Below, piece by piece: positions 19,629-20,000 of a stretch of DNA of 20,000 bases (positions within the stretch are counted from its first letter, which is position 1; every line of letters starts with the position of its first letter). A model generated the notes under the pieces. It did not search any database. It was given only the letters and a program-made list of their open reading frames with translations, and was not told the DNA's origin. The DNA comes from Chromera velia (Eukaryota). Where the stretch lies: assembly GCA_018398765.1 (NCBI GenBank), contig JAHBMJ010000013.1, positions 117,393 through 137,392 on the forward strand, written 5' to 3'. The translations under genes and the position numbers were made by a program.

Positions 19629-20000
19629 TCACCCAAAAGGGGACCGCTCAGTCTGCAACTTGCCTGCTTTAAGAGAGGAGTCGATAGATCGCAGCAACTC
19701 GACTTGCTCTCTGAGCAAACTGACGACTTCAGGACTTGCCATCCCCAGTCCCCCCCCTCCCACACCAGGCATTGTGTGTTGTCCCGGTGCCACCTCCGCT
19801 CTCGCATGGGATGGAGCTCCGAAATTTGCCTCTCCAACATCTTTTGCTCCTTCGTCAATGGCTGGCAGCGGCTCTCCTCTCTTTGCAGCCATGACAGACT
19901 TATGGAACAGATGCGGGTTTTTGAGTCCGATCAATGCCAACTCTGCCGCCGGCCCGCCAGATCCCGCCGTCTGGACCCCGACTGTGTACAGGACGTTGGC
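19629..20000 (-). CDS. 3' part of a probable PH-like (bPH_2/DUF304, YdbS-type) domain protein with short C-terminal coiled coil; runs off window end
   Basis: The frame is open from 20000: ANVLYTVGVQTAGSGGPAAELALIGLKNPHLFHKSVMAAKRGE...EVVSLLREQVELLRSIDSSLKAG...FG*. The pattern hydrophobic strand-[QE]TAG-x(5-7)-E-hydrophobic-GLxNPxxF-helix resembles the C-terminal half of bPH_2-type domains (recognised by eye, not by HMM). Confidence 0.65.
   Translation of the reverse strand, partial: ANVLYTVGVQTAGSGGPAAELALIGLKNPHLFHKSVMAAKRGEPLPAIDEGAKDVGEANFGAPSHARAEVAPGQHTMPGVGGGGLGMASPEVVSLLREQVELLRSIDSSLKAGKLQTERSPFG

Overview
Eukaryotic, intron-rich genomic DNA (draft assembly, N gaps at 6402-6406 and 13333-13343) with microsatellite-filled introns and spacers. 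The apicomplexan-type RPL37 N-terminus and the genome style suggest an alveolate, possibly a chromerid (inference only). I can reconstruct five protein genes, four with phase-consistent GT-AG splicing: (1) a 5'-truncated multi-pass membrane protein (+, to 3530); (2) a ~840-aa two-exon protein (-, 8319-5433) with a 7x LPPPFPFYW tandem repeat and a duplicated ~65-aa module; (3) a 258-aa secreted protein (+, 8950-10470, 4 exons); (4) RPL37 (-, 14692-14204, 3 exons); (5) the 3' end of a probable PH-like (bPH_2/DUF304-type) protein (-, 20000-19629). Two observations stand out. The secreted protein's C-terminal tail looks like an amidated-peptide prohormone (G-KR, RR, G-RR, G-RR, G-stop around three acidic, Met-rich peptides). 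Three AT-rich islands share (TCAA)n runs, two of them show marked TAG/CTAG enrichment, and they lie downstream of gene 3' ends. Most long ORFs in the supplied track are microsatellite or antisense artefacts.
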